From: Escherichia coli O127:H6 str. E2348/69
GTDB lineage: Bacteria; Pseudomonadota; Gammaproteobacteria; Enterobacterales; Enterobacteriaceae
Strand: one strand, 5' to 3'
Assembly (NCBI RefSeq): GCF_000026545.1
Contig: NC_011601.1
Length of the DNA stretch: 64,000 bases
Shown here: in pieces, positions 31,765 to 44,163 of the stretch
How positions within the stretch are numbered: position 1 is the stretch's first letter
Layout of the letters: every line of letters begins with the position of its first letter
The notes under the pieces: generated by a model
Database searches by the model: none
Seen by the model: the letters and a program-made list of their open reading frames with translations, nothing else
What the model was told of the DNA's origin: nothing
Position numbers and translations under genes: made by a program

Positions 31765-33039
31765 TTATTTCCAGCAAATCAGACAGTAATTCTTTTTGCC
31801 GCGACGCAGTAAGGTAAAACGACCAAACAGACGATCTTCTTCTTTAAAGAAGTATTCAGGATCGGACTGTTTTTCACCGTTAATGGTGATGGCATTGGAG
31901 GCGATAGTTTTACGCGCCTGACCACGGGAAGGTTGCAGTTCAGAATCGACCAGCGCCTGCATCAGGTCTGCGCCCTTTTCCATCTCAACCATCGGTACGC
32001 CGTCCTGCGCCAGCTGTTCGAAGTCCGCTTCACTCAGCGCACTCAAGGAACCGCTGAACAGGCATTCGGTAATACGTTTTGCCGCCTGCAAACCGTCTTC
32101 ACCATGCACCAGACGTGTCACCTGTTCTGCAAGCACATACTGGGCGCGCGGTGCTTTACCGCTGTTTTTATCTTCTTCTTCCAGGGCGTTGATCTCTTCA
32201 ATGCTCATGAAGGTGAAGAACTTCAGGAAGCGGTAAACGTCGGCATCCGCAGTGTTGATCCAGAACTGGTAGAATTTGTACGGGCTGGTTTTCTTCGGGT
32301 CCAACCAGACTGCGCCGCCTTCAGTTTTACCAAATTTGGTGCCGTCTGCTTTGGTGATCAGCGGAACGGTCAAGCCAAACACCTGATTCTGATGCAGACG
32401 ACGGGTCAGGTCGATACCAGAAGTGATGTTACCCCACTGGTCAGAACCACCGATTTGCAGCACCACACCGTACTGTTTGTTCAGACAGGCGAAGTCATAA
32501 CCCTGCAACAGGTTGTAGGAAAACTCAGTGAACGAAATCCCCTGATCTTCACGGTTGAGACGCTGCTTAACCGCTTCTTTGTTGATCATCTGGTTAACGG
32601 AGAAGTGTTTGCCAATATCGCGCAGGAAGGTCAGCACATTCATATTGCCGAACCAGTCATAGTTGTTCGCCGCGATAGCAGAGTTTTCTCCACAGTCGAA
32701 ATCGAGGAACGGGGCAACCTGCTTGCGGATTTTGTCCACCCACTCCTGAACAGTTTCTTCAGTGTTCAGCTTACGCTCGGCAGCTTTGAAGCTCGGGTCG
32801 CCAATCAGACCCGTCGCGCCGCCTACCAGCGCAACCGGCTTGTGGCCCGCCTGCTGGAAGCGTTTCAGGCATAACAATGGAACAAGATGCCCCAAATGCA
32901 AGCTGTCAGCGGTAGGATCGAAGCCGCAATAGAGCGCGATCGGGCCTTGCGCCAGTCGCTCTGCTAACGCTTCCTCGTCCGTCACCTGGGCTACCAGCCC
33001 CCGCTCTTGCAATTGTTTAATCAAGTTACTGCTTGCCAT
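31765..33039 (-). CDS. tyrS: tyrosine--tRNA ligase
   Basis: 424 aa from [19 protein letters not shown] (HIGH-type) motif present. Confidence 0.96.
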
Positions 33040-33167
33040 CAAAATCTCCATGTATATAACGACTGCACCTTTGCCGGTACACGACTTTTCGCCAGATGCG
33101 AAAGAGACATAGAATAAAGTGCCAGAATCAGGAGTACCAGCGATTAAAGCAAGATTTTTGCATCTTT

Positions 33168-33824
33168 TCAGGGTGCAAGACGATCAATCTTCCACGCATC
33201 ATTTTCACGCTGGTACAAAAAGCGGTCATGCAGGCGATGCTCACCGCCCTGCCAGAACTCAATCTGTTCAAGGCTGACGCGAAAACCACCCCAAAAACTT
33301 GGCAATGGCACTTCGCCCTGTTGAAACTTCTGCTTCAGCTCCAGGAATTTACTTTCAAGGATACCGCGGGCAGAAATGCGACTGGACTGCTTCGAAACCC
33401 ATGCACCAATCTGGCTATCACGCGGGCGGCTATGAAAATATTTCATCACTTCGAGAGTCGAAAGTCGTTCCGCTTTACCGATCACCATCACCTGGCGTTC
33501 AAGGGTATGCCACGGGAACAGCAGGCTAACGCGCGGATTATTTTCGATTTGATGTGCTTTACGGCTGCCGAGGTTGGTGTAAAACACCATGCCTTTTTCG
33601 TCGTAATGTTTGAGTAAAACGATGCGCTGATAAGGCTGACCATGTTCATCCACGGTAGCGACCACCATCGCGGTAGGGTCAGCCAGTTTGGCTTCACAAG
33701 CCTGAGAGAGCCAACGTTCAAAAAGGGTTAATGGATCGGCGGGTAGATCGCGGCGGCGTAACCCGCCTTTGGTGTATTCACGGCGCAGATGCGCGATTTG
33801 CTGCAATTCGTCGTTATCAGACAT
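33168..33824 (-). CDS. pdxH: pyridoxine/pyridoxamine 5'-phosphate oxidase
   Basis: 218-aa ORF, recognised sequence. Confidence 0.95.
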
Positions 33825-33882
33825 GGTTTTCTTTACGGATTGTCAGTGGGTGACGCTATTGTGCGCCGCCCCTGGAAAAATC

Positions 33883-34212
33883 TCAACGCTGCGGATTTTG
33901 TAACTGACAGTTATTCAAGACGATGCGGTCGCGTTTATAGACAGTCGCTTCCTCGCCTTTCGACCAGAAAACATAGATTCCGTCAGTGTAACGTGCACCA
34001 GATGCTGAAATGCCCTGTTTGAGATGCAGCAGTTGATTATCGTAAACAAAACTGACTTCCTGGCGCGGATTATTCAGTTTGACCGTCAACGGTTTTTCAT
34101 CACACTGGTATTCCAGCGTGTCGGTTTGCATGCGCTCAACCAGTTGATTGAACGCGCTACAGCCGGTGAGAAGCACCGGCAAACAGATCAGTAACAGTTT
34201 TTTCATAGACAT
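33883..34212 (-). CDS. mliC: membrane-bound lysozyme inhibitor of C-type lysozyme (lipoprotein)
   Basis: 109 aa with a lipobox LLTGC signal sequence. Confidence 0.88.
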   Translation of the reverse strand: MSMKKLLLICLPVLLTGCSAFNQLVERMQTDTLEYQCDEKPLTVKLNNPRQEVSFVYDNQLLHLKQGISASGARYTDGIYVFWSKGEEATVYKRDRIVLNNCQLQNPQR

Positions 34213-34309
34213 ATCCCGAAGACTTTCCTGGTCTGGAGGGCAATACGCCCTCCCTAACGTTCCAAGTGTAACGGCAGACGCGGTAAGAAAAATTCAGTTA
34301 ACTCTGATA

Positions 34310-35419
34310 TCACGGGTTAGCGGGGAAAATAGCCCCCAGTACCGTCTCCTGGCTTGCGCCAGTGACGGAAGGCAGATTTCCTGGTAATCCCGCCAGCGTT
34401 CGCCAGGCAAGCCAGGCGAACGCCAATGCTTCCATGTCATCGCCACTAATGCCAACGGCATCGGTGGTGGTGACTTCTGTGCCTGGCAGTAATGCCGCCA
34501 GACGCGCCATGAGTAGCGGATTACGACTACCTCCACCACATACCATCAATCGTTCGCAGCCACCGCTCAACAAAACTTGTTCAGAAATGGTCACGGTGGT
34601 GAGTTCTGCCAGTGTGGCCTGCACATCACGGGGATCAACACCCGGAAAATGGCGCAAATGGCGCTCCAGCCAGCCGTAGTTAAAGTATTCGCGTCCGGTG
34701 CTTTTCGGTGCGGGTTGCGAGAAATATGGGTCGCTGAGCATATTTTGCAGCAGTGGGAGAATAACTTTACCCGCCCGTGCCCACTCGGCATCTTTATCGT
34801 AAGGTTTACCGGCCTGACGCCAGATCCAGGCATCCATCAGCATGTTACCAGGACCGGTATCGTAGCCCCCAACCGGCTGGCCAGGAATGAGCAGTGACAG
34901 ATTGGCGATGCCGCCAATATTGAGCACCATTCGTCGCTCGGTTGGGTGAGCCAGCAGCGCATGATGGAACGCAGGTACCAGCGGTGCGCCTTGTCCTCCC
35001 AAGGCAATATCGCGACGGCGAAAATCACCGACAACCGTAATTCCGGTGCGCGCCACAATTTGATTGTTATCGCCAATCTGTAAAGTGTGTGGTGCCACGC
35101 CCATCGGTTCATGCCAGACGGTTTGACCGTGACAGCCGATCGCAACTATATCTCTCGCCTGCAGGTTTTGTTCCTTAAGCAAGGCATTGACCGCATCAGC
35201 AAAAAGTCGCCCGAGTTGAGTATCAAGCTGTCCAAACTGCGAAAGTGTAAGCTGCTGGCCCTGGCAAATATCCAGTACAGCCTGTTTCAGAGACACCGGG
35301 ATCGGCCAGCTCAAACTTGCCAGCTGTGCGACCCGGTGTTCATCAATTGTCGCCAACACAACATCAACACCATCAAGGCTGGTGCCTGACATAACGCCAA
35401 TAAAGCGGCCCGATTTCAT
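34310..35419 (-). CDS. anmK: anhydro-N-acetylmuramic acid kinase
   Basis: 369-aa ORF starting [19 protein letters not shown]. Confidence 0.95.
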
Positions 35420-35552
35420 AGTTCATCCTTTTTCAATCTGACGTTTGCGCACCACTCAAACATAAACTTTTCGTGAATACCATGCGGAATGACCAATTTT
35501 TACCGTTGGTAGTAAAACATTATCTTCAAATCAATAATCATCATGAATATTT

Positions 35553-35569
35553 TGTTTATAATTGGTTGA
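35553..35569 (+). promoter_or_regulatory. candidate PhoP box upstream of slyB
   Basis: tGTTTA-taatt-gGTTGA direct repeat about 140 bp upstream of slyB; slyB is a known PhoP regulon member. Confidence 0.4.
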
Positions 35570-35692
35570 TCCTACTTTCATTATGATTTGCTCATATTTG
35601 GTAGAACATGTAACCATGGATTCACATATGCCATATACTTTGACCATGAGGGATGCTTGCGTGGCGTTTCATGGTGAACAGGAGATTTTTCA

Positions 35693-36160
35693 ATGATTAA
35701 ACGCGTATTGGTTGTTTCAATGGTAGGTCTGTCTCTTGTCGGTTGTGTTAATAACGACACCCTGTCAGGGGATGTTTATACCGCTTCTGAAGCGAAACAA
35801 GTACAGAATGTCAGCTATGGCACCATCGTTAATGTACGTCAGGTACAGATTCAGGGCGGTGATGATTCCAACGTTATCGGCGCAATTGGCGGTGCTGTAC
35901 TTGGTGGTTTCCTGGGAAATACTATTGGTGGCGGAACCGGGCGTTCTCTGGCTACTGCAGCAGGGGCTGTTGCAGGTGGTGTAGCCGGTCAGGGCGTACA
36001 GAGTGCAATGAACAAAACGCAGGGTGTCGAGCTGGAAATTCGTAAAGATGATGGCAACACCATCATGGTGGTACAGAAACAAGGGAACACTCATTTCTCT
36101 CCAGGCCAACGTGTCGTACTGGCCAGCAATGGCAGTCAGGTGACCGTTTCCCCGCGCTAA
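35693..36160 (+). CDS. slyB: outer membrane lipoprotein SlyB
   Basis: 155 aa, lipobox LVGC, glycine-zipper region. Confidence 0.95.
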   Translation: MIKRVLVVSMVGLSLVGCVNNDTLSGDVYTASEAKQVQNVSYGTIVNVRQVQIQGGDDSNVIGAIGGAVLGGFLGNTIGGGTGRSLATAAGAVAGGVAGQGVQSAMNKTQGVELEIRKDDGNTIMVVQKQGNTHFSPGQRVVLASNGSQVTVSPR

Positions 36161-36168
36161 TTAAGTTT

Positions 36169-36196
36169 GCGTGTGGTCAGGTTACTGACCACACGC
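36169..36196. terminator. bidirectional hairpin between convergent slyB and slyA
   Basis: Perfect 12-bp inverted repeat gcgtgtggtcag / ctgaccacacgc with a 4-nt loop. Confidence 0.6.
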
Positions 36197-36206
36197 CCCC
36201 TTCATT

Positions 36207-36647
36207 TCACCCTTTGGCCTGTAACTCAATGATATTATGCTCAAGTTTTGCGATGAGCTTAATCAGTTGTTCCAGTTCCTCTGCGGAGATGCCATGTAAA
36301 ATTTCCGCGCGGGTTTTGTTAATAACAGCTTCCATTTCGCTGATCAGCGGCTCTGCCTTTTCCGTCAGTTTAATACGTTTAGCCCGACGATCGCTGGCAC
36401 AAGTTTGACGCGAAATTAACCCTTTTTCTTCCAGTTGGTCCAGCGTACGGACCAGTGATGGCTGCTCGATGCCAATCGCTTTTGCCAGTTGAATTTGCGA
36501 CTGGTCTGGAGGTAACTGATGGATATTGTGTAACGTAACCCAATGGGTTTGTGTTAACTCCAGCGGTTTCAGGCGATGGTCTATCAGAGCACGCCATATG
36601 CGCACCAACCGTGCCAGATCAGAACCTAGTGGCGATTCCAATTTCAT
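36207..36647 (-). CDS. slyA: MarR-family transcriptional regulator SlyA
   Basis: 146-aa ORF with winged-helix region, recognised sequence. Confidence 0.95.
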
Positions 36648-36658
36648 CTCCTTATAAT

Positions 36659-36670
36659 TAGCTTGCTAAG
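36659..36670. promoter_or_regulatory. SlyA-box palindrome in the slyA promoter (autoregulation)
   Basis: ttagcttgctaa is a perfect 12-bp palindrome immediately upstream of the slyA start. Confidence 0.55.
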
Positions 36671-36841
36671 ATATTATGCGGCTTTTAGAATAGTGTGCAG
36701 CAATTGTATTGCTAAAACAAATGTATTGCTGCATTTGGTTACCGTCAGACATATTTTTCAGAAATTGCGCGTAAATTTTTCGCACTTAAAGAATATTTAT
36801 TAATCTAACGCAATATATTCTGTCGTAAAGGAATCTACTTT

Positions 36842-37078
36842 GTGAAGTTTATGCTCAATGCAACAGGATTGCCCTTACAAGATCTGGTGTTCGGTGCGTC
36901 CGTCTACTTTCCTCCGTTTTTCAAAGCCTTCGCGTTTGGATTCGTCATCTGGCTTGTCATACACCGCCTGCTTCGTGGCTGGATCTACGCTGGTGACATC
37001 TGGCATCCCTTGTTAATGGATTTATCGCTGTTTGCGATTTGCGTTTGCCTTGCTCTGGCAATACTGATTGCGTGGTAA
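36842..37078 (+). CDS. ydhI: small inner membrane protein YdhI (DUF1656)
   Basis: 78-aa ORF with two TM segments, divergent from slyA. Confidence 0.85.
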   Translation: MKFMLNATGLPLQDLVFGASVYFPPFFKAFAFGFVIWLVIHRLLRGWIYAGDIWHPLLMDLSLFAICVCLALAILIAW

Positions 37079-37080
37079 CT

Positions 37081-37938
37081 ATGTCAATTAAAACAATTAA
37101 GTATTTCTCAACAATCATTGTAGCGGTAGTTGCGGTTCTTGCCGGATGGTGGCTGTGGAATTATTACATGCAATCTCCGTGGACACGCGACGGGAAAATA
37201 CGCGCAGAACAGGTTTCTATCACCCCACAGGTGTCGGGACGTATTGTTGAGCTGAATATAAAAGACAACCAGCTGGTTAACGCGGGGGATCTTCTGCTCA
37301 CGATCGATAAAACGCCCTTTCAGATCGCCGAGCTGAACGCACAGGCTCAGCTGGCGAAAGCGCAATCTGACCTCGCAAAAGCCAATAACGAAGCGAATCG
37401 TCGTCGTCATCTCTCACAAAATTTTATTTCTGCCGAAGAACTCGATACCGCTAACCTCAATGTTAAAGCGATGCAGGCCAGCGTTGATGCCGCACAGGCG
37501 ACGCTGAAACAGGCACAATGGCAACTGGCGCAAACGGAAATTCGCGCCCCGGTGAGTGGATGGGTGACTAATCTCACTACCCGCATCGGCGACTACGCTG
37601 ACACCGGGAAACCGCTGTTTGCCCTTGTTGACAGCCACTCGTTTTACGTCATTGGTTATTTTGAAGAAACCAAATTGCGCCATATCCGCGAAGGTGCACC
37701 AGCACAAATTACCCTCTATAGTGATAACAAAACGTTACAGGGTCACGCGTCCAGTATCGGTCGGGCGATTTATGATCAGAGCGTTGAAAGTGACTCAAGC
37801 CTTATTCCGGATGTGAAACCTAACGTCCCCTGGGTTCGCCTCGCCCAACGCGTTCCCGTCCGCTTTACGTTGGATAAAGTCCCAGGCGATGTCACGCTGG
37901 TGTCGGGCACCACCTGTAGCATTGCCGTAGGTCAATAA
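37081..37938 (+). CDS. ydhJ: membrane fusion protein (HlyD family) YdhJ
   Basis: 285 aa from [17 protein letters not shown]; coiled-coil periplasmic adaptor. Confidence 0.88.
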   Translation: MSIKTIKYFSTIIVAVVAVLAGWWLWNYYMQSPWTRDGKIRAEQVSITPQVSGRIVELNIKDNQLVNAGDLLLTIDKTPFQIAELNAQAQLAKAQSDLAKANNEANRRRHLSQNFISAEELDTANLNVKAMQASVDAAQATLKQAQWQLAQTEIRAPVSGWVTNLTTRIGDYADTGKPLFALVDSHSFYVIGYFEETKLRHIREGAPAQITLYSDNKTLQGHASSIGRAIYDQSVESDSSLIPDVKPNVPWVRLAQRVPVRFTLDKVPGDVTLVSGTTCSIAVGQ

Positions 37939-39950
37939 TGAACGCATCGTCATGGTCCTTGCGCAATTTGCCCTGGTTCAGGGCCACGCTGGCGCAATGG
38001 CGTTATGCGTTACGCAATACCATTGCCATGTGTCTGGCGCTGACGGTTGCCTATTATTTGAATCTGGATGAACCCTATTGGGCGATGACCTCGGCTGCGG
38101 TGGTTAGCTTTCCCACCGTTGGCGGTGTCATCAGCAAAAGCCTCGGACGCATCGCTGGCAGTTTGCTCGGAGCCATTGCGGCACTGCTTCTTGCCGGACA
38201 TACGCTCAATGAGCCGTGGTTTTTTCTATTGAGCATGTCGGCGTGGCTTGGCTTTTGTACCTGGGCCTGTGCGCACTTCACGAATAACGTCGCGTATGCA
38301 TTTCAACTGGCGGGCTACACGGCTGCCATCATCGCCTTTCCGATGGTTAATATTACTGAAGCCAGCCAGCTGTGGGATATCGCTCAGGCGCGTATTTGCG
38401 AGGTGATAGTCGGTATTTTGTGCGGCGGCATGATGATGATGATCCTGCCGAGCAGTTCCGATGCTACAGCCCTTTTAACCGCATTGAAAAACATGCACGC
38501 CCGATTACTGGAACATGCCAGTTTACTCTGGCAGCCTGAAACAACCGATGCCATTCGTGCTGCACATGAAGGGGTGATTGGGCAGATACTGACCATGAAT
38601 TTGCTGCGTATCCAGGCTTTCTGGAGCCACTATCGTTTTCGCCAGCAAAACGCACGCCTTAATGCGCTGCTCCACCAGCAATTACGTATGACCAGTGTCA
38701 TCTCCAGCCTACGACGTATGTTGCTCAACTGGCCCTCACCGCCAGATGCCACGCGAGAAATTCTCGAACAACTGCTGACGGCGCTCGCCAGTTCGCAAAC
38801 AGATGTTTACACCATCGCACGTATTATCTCCCCACTACGCCCGACCAACGTCGCCGACTACCGGCACATCGCCTTCTGGCAGCGACTACGTTATTTTTGC
38901 CGCCTTTATCTGCAAAGTAGTCAGGAATTACATCGTCTGCAAAGCGGTGTAGATGATCATGCCAGACTCCCACGGACATCCGGCCTGGCTCGTCATACCG
39001 ATAACGCCGAAGCTATGTGGAGCGGGCTGCGTACATTTTGTACGTTGATGATGATTGGCGCATGGAGTATTGCTTCACAATGGGATGCCGGTGCCAATGC
39101 TTTAACGCTGGCAGCAATTAGCTGCGTACTCTACTCCGCCGTCGCGGCACCGTTTAAGTCGTTGTCACTGCTGATGCGCACGCTGGTGTTACTTTCGCTA
39201 TTCAGCTTTGTGGTCAAATTTGGCCTGATGGTGCAGATTAGCGATCTGTGGCAATTTTTACTGTTTCTCTTTCCACTGCTGGCGACAATGCAGCTTCTTA
39301 AATTGCAGATGCCCAAATTTGCCACACTGTGGGGGCAACTAATTGTTTTTATGGGTTCGTTTATCGCTGTCACTAATCCCCCGGTGTATGATTTTGCTGA
39401 TTTTCTTAACGATAATCTGGCAAAAATTGTTGGCGTCGCGTTGGCGTGGTTAGCGTTCGCCATTCTGCGTCCAGGATCGGATGCTCGTAAAAGCCGCCGC
39501 CATATTCGCGCGCTACGCCGGGATTTTGTCGATCAACTAAGCCGCCATCCAACACTGAGTGAAAGCGAATTTGAATCGCTCACTTATCATCACGTCAGTC
39601 AGTTGAGTAACAGCCAGGATGCGCTGGCTCGCCGTTGGTTATTACGCTGGGGTGTAGTGTTGCTGAACTGTTCTCATGTTGTCTGGCAATTGCGCGACTG
39701 GGAATCGCGTTCCGATCCGTTATCGCGAGTACGGGATAACTGTATTTCACTGTTGCGGGGAGTGATGAGTGAGCGTGGCGTTCAGCAAAAATCACTGGCG
39801 GCCACACTTGAAGAATTACAGCGGATTTGCGACAGCCTTGCCCATCATCATCAACCTGCCGCCCGAGAGCTGGCGGCAATTGTCTGGCGGCTGTACTGCT
39901 CGCTTTCGCAACTTGAGCAAGCACCGCCGCAAGGTACGCTGGCTTCTTAA
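37938..39950 (+). CDS. ydhK: putative efflux transporter YdhK (FUSC family)
   Basis: 670-aa membrane ORF, translationally coupled to ydhJ. Confidence 0.88.
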   Translation: MNASSWSLRNLPWFRATLAQWRYALRNTIAMCLALTVAYYLNLDEPYWAMTSAAVVSFPTVGGVISKSLGRIAGSLLGAIAALLLAGHTLNEPWFFLLSMSAWLGFCTWACAHFTNNVAYAFQLAGYTAAIIAFPMVNITEASQLWDIAQARICEVIVGILCGGMMMMILPSSSDATALLTALKNMHARLLEHASLLWQPETTDAIRAAHEGVIGQILTMNLLRIQAFWSHYRFRQQNARLNALLHQQLRMTSVISSLRRMLLNWPSPPDATREILEQLLTALASSQTDVYTIARIISPLRPTNVADYRHIAFWQRLRYFCRLYLQSSQELHRLQSGVDDHARLPRTSGLARHTDNAEAMWSGLRTFCTLMMIGAWSIASQWDAGANALTLAAISCVLYSAVAAPFKSLSLLMRTLVLLSLFSFVVKFGLMVQISDLWQFLLFLFPLLATMQLLKLQMPKFATLWGQLIVFMGSFIAVTNPPVYDFADFLNDNLAKIVGVALAWLAFAILRPGSDARKSRRHIRALRRDFVDQLSRHPTLSESEFESLTYHHVSQLSNSQDALARRWLLRWGVVLLNCSHVVWQLRDWESRSDPLSRVRDNCISLLRGVMSERGVQQKSLAATLEELQRICDSLAHHHQPAARELAAIVWRLYCSLSQLEQAPPQGTLAS

Positions 39951-40472
39951 TTACTTAATTACACCACAGGCATAGCGTTCACCGCCACCGCCCAGCGGTT
40001 TGGGTTGATCGGACATATTATCGCCGCCAACGTGGACCATCAGCGCTTTGTCTTTGACTTCATCCAGTGATTTCAGACGAGGCGCGATGACGGCATCGGT
40101 CGCCTTGCCGTCATTATTGACTACCAGTGCAGGCAGATCGCCTAAATGCCCGGCACCTTCTGGCCCTTCATGTTTACCGGTATTTTGTGGATCAAGATGC
40201 CCGCCTGCGGATTCTGCGGCGCTGGCTTTGCCATCTTTGGTGGCTGGCTGGCAGCTTCCTTTGGCATGAATATGGAAGCCATGTTCACCGGGAGGTAATG
40301 CTTTCAGATCGGGCGAAAACTCCAGACCTTTATCGGTTTCAGTAATGGTGACGCTACCAATTGACTGCCCAACTCCTTGCGACGTGACGAGGTTCATCTC
40401 GACTTTTTCACTGGCAGCTTGTGCGCCGGTCGCAACAACCAGCGCCAGAATGGCCAGACTAAAACGTTTCAT
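39951..40472 (-). CDS. sodC: periplasmic Cu/Zn superoxide dismutase
   Basis: 173 aa from MKRFSLAILALVVATGAQA; conserved GFHIH and GGGGERYACGVI motifs. Confidence 0.95.
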   Translation of the reverse strand: MKRFSLAILALVVATGAQAASEKVEMNLVTSQGVGQSIGSVTITETDKGLEFSPDLKALPPGEHGFHIHAKGSCQPATKDGKASAAESAGGHLDPQNTGKHEGPEGAGHLGDLPALVVNNDGKATDAVIAPRLKSLDEVKDKALMVHVGGDNMSDQPKPLGGGGERYACGVIK

Positions 40473-40552
40473 AGGACCTCCGTTCATTGTGCATTCCTGA
40501 ATAAGTGTAACCCAGTGACACATTTTTGAACGGCGGCTATTCCTAAAAGTGC

Positions 40553-41449
40553 TTACGGTACGTCGTAACCTAGTGCCGCTTTACGGATACGAAACCATTG
40601 TTGACGGGTCATTTTCAGTGTTTCTGCTTCGACAGCTGCCCGTACGCGCTCAATTTTACCTGAGCCGATAATTGGCAGCGGCTGCGACGGTAAACGTAGT
40701 ACCCAGGCGTAAACTACCTGTTCAATCGAGCCCGCGTTTAACTCCTCTGCCACCACAGCCAGTTCATCACGCAGCGGCTGGAAATAATCATCATTAAACA
40801 GACTACCACCACCAAGGCAGGACCACGCCATCGGACGAATACGCAGTTGTTGCAGTTGGTCGAGCGTGCCATCCAGCAGTAACGGCTGATGCACCGGGGA
40901 TATTTCCACCTGATTAGTGGCAAGAGTAAATGGCAGGCGTGATTGCAACAGCGCAAATTGCGCAGGTGTAAAGTTCGATACACCAAAATGACGCACTTTG
41001 CCGCTCTGATGCAGATGTTTAAAGGCGTCCGCCACTTCATCGGCATCCATTAACGGGTCTGGTCGGTGGATTAACAGCAGATCCAGATGATCGGTCGCGA
41101 GATTAATTAGCGACTGTTCGGCGCTCTTAATGATGTGATCGCGGTCAGTGATGTAATGGCCAATGACGTTTTCTTCACGCGCGGTCGTCGCGATACCGCA
41201 TTTACTGACGATTTCCATCCGTTCACGCAGGTGAGGTGCCAGTTTCAACGCCTCGCCAAACGCCGCTTCGCACTGATAGCCACCATAAATATCAGCATGG
41301 TCCACGGTGGTCACGCCGAGATCCAGATGCTCTTCAATAAAACTGACCAACTGGCGGGCGGACATGTTCCAGTCCATCAATCGCCAGTAGCCCATCACAA
41401 AACGGGAAAACTCCGGGCCTTGCGGCGCAATAGTAATACGCTGAACCAT
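40553..41449 (-). CDS. ydhF: aldo-keto reductase family oxidoreductase YdhF
   Basis: 298-aa ORF. Confidence 0.9.
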   Translation of the reverse strand: MVQRITIAPQGPEFSRFVMGYWRLMDWNMSARQLVSFIEEHLDLGVTTVDHADIYGGYQCEAAFGEALKLAPHLRERMEIVSKCGIATTAREENVIGHYITDRDHIIKSAEQSLINLATDHLDLLLIHRPDPLMDADEVADAFKHLHQSGKVRHFGVSNFTPAQFALLQSRLPFTLATNQVEISPVHQPLLLDGTLDQLQQLRIRPMAWSCLGGGSLFNDDYFQPLRDELAVVAEELNAGSIEQVVYAWVLRLPSQPLPIIGSGKIERVRAAVEAETLKMTRQQWFRIRKAALGYDVP

Positions 41450-41497
41450 AATCGCTTCCTCTTATCAGATATGAGAGGAGTATACGCAAGATTAGGC

Positions 41498-41737
41498 TCA
41501 AAAGAGTGATGGTTGCTCCGGTTCGTCTGATGGCGCTGGCTTATTTACACGTAATTTGCGCATTAATCGCTGCCGACAAAGGCGCAACACTTCTTGTTTT
41601 TCGCCATCGCTCATCTTATTCCAGTTAAAACGCTCATCCCGGCTACGAAAACAGCCGCGACAAAATCCCCGTTCGTCAGACTGGCAAATTCCCCGGCACG
41701 GGCTCTGGACGGGAAAGAACTCTAATTGCTCCGTCAC
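41498..41737 (-). CDS. ydhL: DUF1289 cysteine-rich protein YdhL
   Basis: About 79 aa from a probable GTG start, CxxxC...CxxC pattern; the ORF-track 136-aa version would run across the nemR promoter. Confidence 0.7.
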   Translation of the reverse strand: MTEQLEFFPVQSPCRGICQSDERGFCRGCFRSRDERFNWNKMSDGEKQEVLRLCRQRLMRKLRVNKPAPSDEPEQPSLF

Positions 41738-41809
41738 CTCGCCCTCCTCAGATAAGATTATTACCATTATTGAAGCTGTTAATGTCCAAAGTAGCAACTT
41801 TGCTTGCAC

Positions 41810-41825
41810 TAGACCGACTGGTCTA
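41810..41825. promoter_or_regulatory. NemR operator box
   Basis: TAGACC-gact-GGTCTA inverted repeat about 15 bp upstream of the nemR start. Confidence 0.65.
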
Positions 41826-41839
41826 CTACACTCCAACGC

Positions 41840-42439
41840 ATGAACAAACACACCGAACATGATACTCGCGAACATCTCCTGGCGACGGGCGAGCAACTTT
41901 GCCTGCAACGTGGATTCACCGGGATGGGGCTAAGCGAACTCCTAAAAACCGCTGAAGTGCCGAAAGGGTCCTTCTATCACTACTTTCGTTCTAAAGAAGC
42001 GTTTGGCGTTGCCATGCTTGAGCGCCATTACGCCGCATATCACCAGCGACTGACTGAGTTGCTGCAATCCGGCGAAGGTAACTACCGCGACCGCATACTG
42101 ACTTATTACCAGCAAACACTGAACCAGTTTTGCCAACATGGAACTATCAGTGGTTGCCTGACAGTAAAACTCTCTGCCGAAGTGTGCGATCTGTCAGAAG
42201 ATATGCGCAGCGCAATGGATAAAGGGGCTCGCGGCGTGATCGCCCTGCTCTCTCAGGCGCTGGAAAATGGCCGTGAGAACCATTGTTTAACCTTTTGTGG
42301 CGAACCGCTGCAACAGGCACAAGTGCTTTACGCACTGTGGCTTGGCGCGAATCTGCAGGCCAAAATTTCGCGCAGTTTCGAGCCACTGGAAAACGCGCTG
42401 GCCCATGTAAAAAACATTATTGCGACGCCTGCCGTTTAG
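41840..42439 (+). CDS. nemR: TetR-family electrophile-sensing repressor NemR
   Basis: 199-aa ORF with N-terminal TetR HTH. Confidence 0.95.
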   Translation: MNKHTEHDTREHLLATGEQLCLQRGFTGMGLSELLKTAEVPKGSFYHYFRSKEAFGVAMLERHYAAYHQRLTELLQSGEGNYRDRILTYYQQTLNQFCQHGTISGCLTVKLSAEVCDLSEDMRSAMDKGARGVIALLSQALENGRENHCLTFCGEPLQQAQVLYALWLGANLQAKISRSFEPLENALAHVKNIIATPAV

Positions 42440-42475
42440 CAGGCATTTTTTATCACCAGACGACCGGGAGCCTTT

Positions 42476-43573
42476 ATGTCATCTGAAAAACTGTATTCCC
42501 CACTGAAAGTGGGCGCGATCACGGCGGCAAATCGTATTTTTATGGCACCGCTGACGCGTCTGCGCAGTATTGAACCGGGTGACATCCCTACCCCGTTGAT
42601 GGCGGAATACTATCGCCAACGTGCCAGTGCCGGTTTGATTATTAGCGAAGCCACGCAAATTTCTGCCCAGGCAAAAGGATACGCAGGCGCACCTGGCATC
42701 CATAGCCCGGAACAAATTGCCGCATGGAAAAAAATTACCGCTGGCGTTCATGCTGAAAATGGTCATATGGCCGTACAGCTGTGGCACACCGGACGCATTT
42801 CTCACGCCAGCCTGCAACCTGGCGGTCAGGCACCGGTAGCGCCTTCAGCACTTAGCGCGGGAACACGTACTTCTCTGCGCGATGAAAATGGTCAGGCGAT
42901 CCGTGTTGAAACATCCATGCCGCGTGCGCTTGAATTGGGAGAGATTCCGGGTATCGTCAATGATTTCCGTCAGGCCATTGCTAACGCGCGTGAAGCCGGT
43001 TTTGATCTGGTAGAGCTCCACTCTGCTCACGGTTATTTGCTGCATCAGTTCCTTTCCCCTTCTTCAAACCATCGTACCGATCAGTACGGCGGCAGCGTGG
43101 AAAATCGCGCGCGTCTGGTGCTGGAAGTGGTCGATGCCGGGATTGAAGAATGGGGTGCCGATCGCATTGGCATTCGCATTTCGCCAATCGGTACTTTCCA
43201 GAACACGGATAACGGCCCGAATGAAGAAGCCGATGCACTGTATCTGATTGAACAACTGGGTAAACGCGGCATTGCTTATCTTCATATGTCAGAACCAGAT
43301 TGGGCGGGAGGTGAACCATATACTGATGCGTTTCGCGAAAAAGTACGCGCCCGTTTCCACGGTCCGATTATCGGCGCAGGTGCATACACAGTAGAAAAAG
43401 CTGAAACGCTGATCGGCAAAGGGTTAATTGATGCGGTAGCATTTGGTCGTGACTGGATTGCGAACCCGGATCTGGTCGCCCGCTTGCAGCGCAAAGCTGA
43501 GCTTAACCCGCAGCGTGCCGAAAGTTTTTATGGTGGCGGTGCTGAAGGTTACACTGATTACCCGACGCTGTAA
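42476..43573 (+). CDS. nemA: N-ethylmaleimide reductase (Old Yellow Enzyme family)
   Basis: 365-aa ORF, FMN-dependent OYE fold. Confidence 0.95.
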
Positions 43574-43653
43574 TCCAACATTGCGAGCGGCGCAAAGCCG
43601 CCGCTATACTAAAACAACTTTTTGAATCTGTTAGCCATTTTGAGGATATAAAG

Positions 43654-44061
43654 ATGCGTCTTCTTCATACCATGCTGCGCGTTGGCGATCTGCAACGCTC
43701 CATCGATTTTTATACCAAAGTACTGGGCATGAAACTGCTGCGTACCAGCGAAAACCCGGAATACAAATACTCACTGGCTTTTGTTGGCTACGGCCCGGAA
43801 ACCGAAGAAGCAGTGATTGAACTGACCTACAACTGGGGCGTGGATAAATACGAACTCGGCACTGCTTATGGTCACATCGCGCTTAGCGTTGATAACGCCG
43901 CTGAAGCGTGCGAAAAAATCCGTCAAAACGGGGGTAACGTGACCCGTGAAGCGGGTCCGGTAAAAGGCGGTACTACGGTTATCGCGTTTGTGGAAGATCC
44001 GGACGGTTACAAAATTGAGTTAATCGAAGAGAAAGACGCCGGTCGCGGTCTGGGCAACTAA
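43654..44061 (+). CDS. gloA: glyoxalase I (lactoylglutathione lyase)
   Basis: 135-aa ORF starting [21 protein letters not shown]. Confidence 0.96.
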
Positions 44062-44163
44062 TCTCCTGCCGGGCGTGAACTCCTCGCGCCCGCATCTTTA
44101 CTGCATCGACAAGTAATATTTGTCATAATGCGCGCTGCAATTTATCCGTATTAAGAGAATCAG

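Noticed and set aside
41738-41908. N-terminal extension of ydhL to 136 aa
   Set aside because: It would run across the nemR promoter and NemR box; the conserved DUF1289 protein is about 79 aa from an internal GTG.
43586-43604. Hairpin after nemA as an intrinsic terminator
   Set aside because: The stem agcggcg/cgccgct is present but not followed by a T-tract; nemA-gloA co-transcription is plausible.
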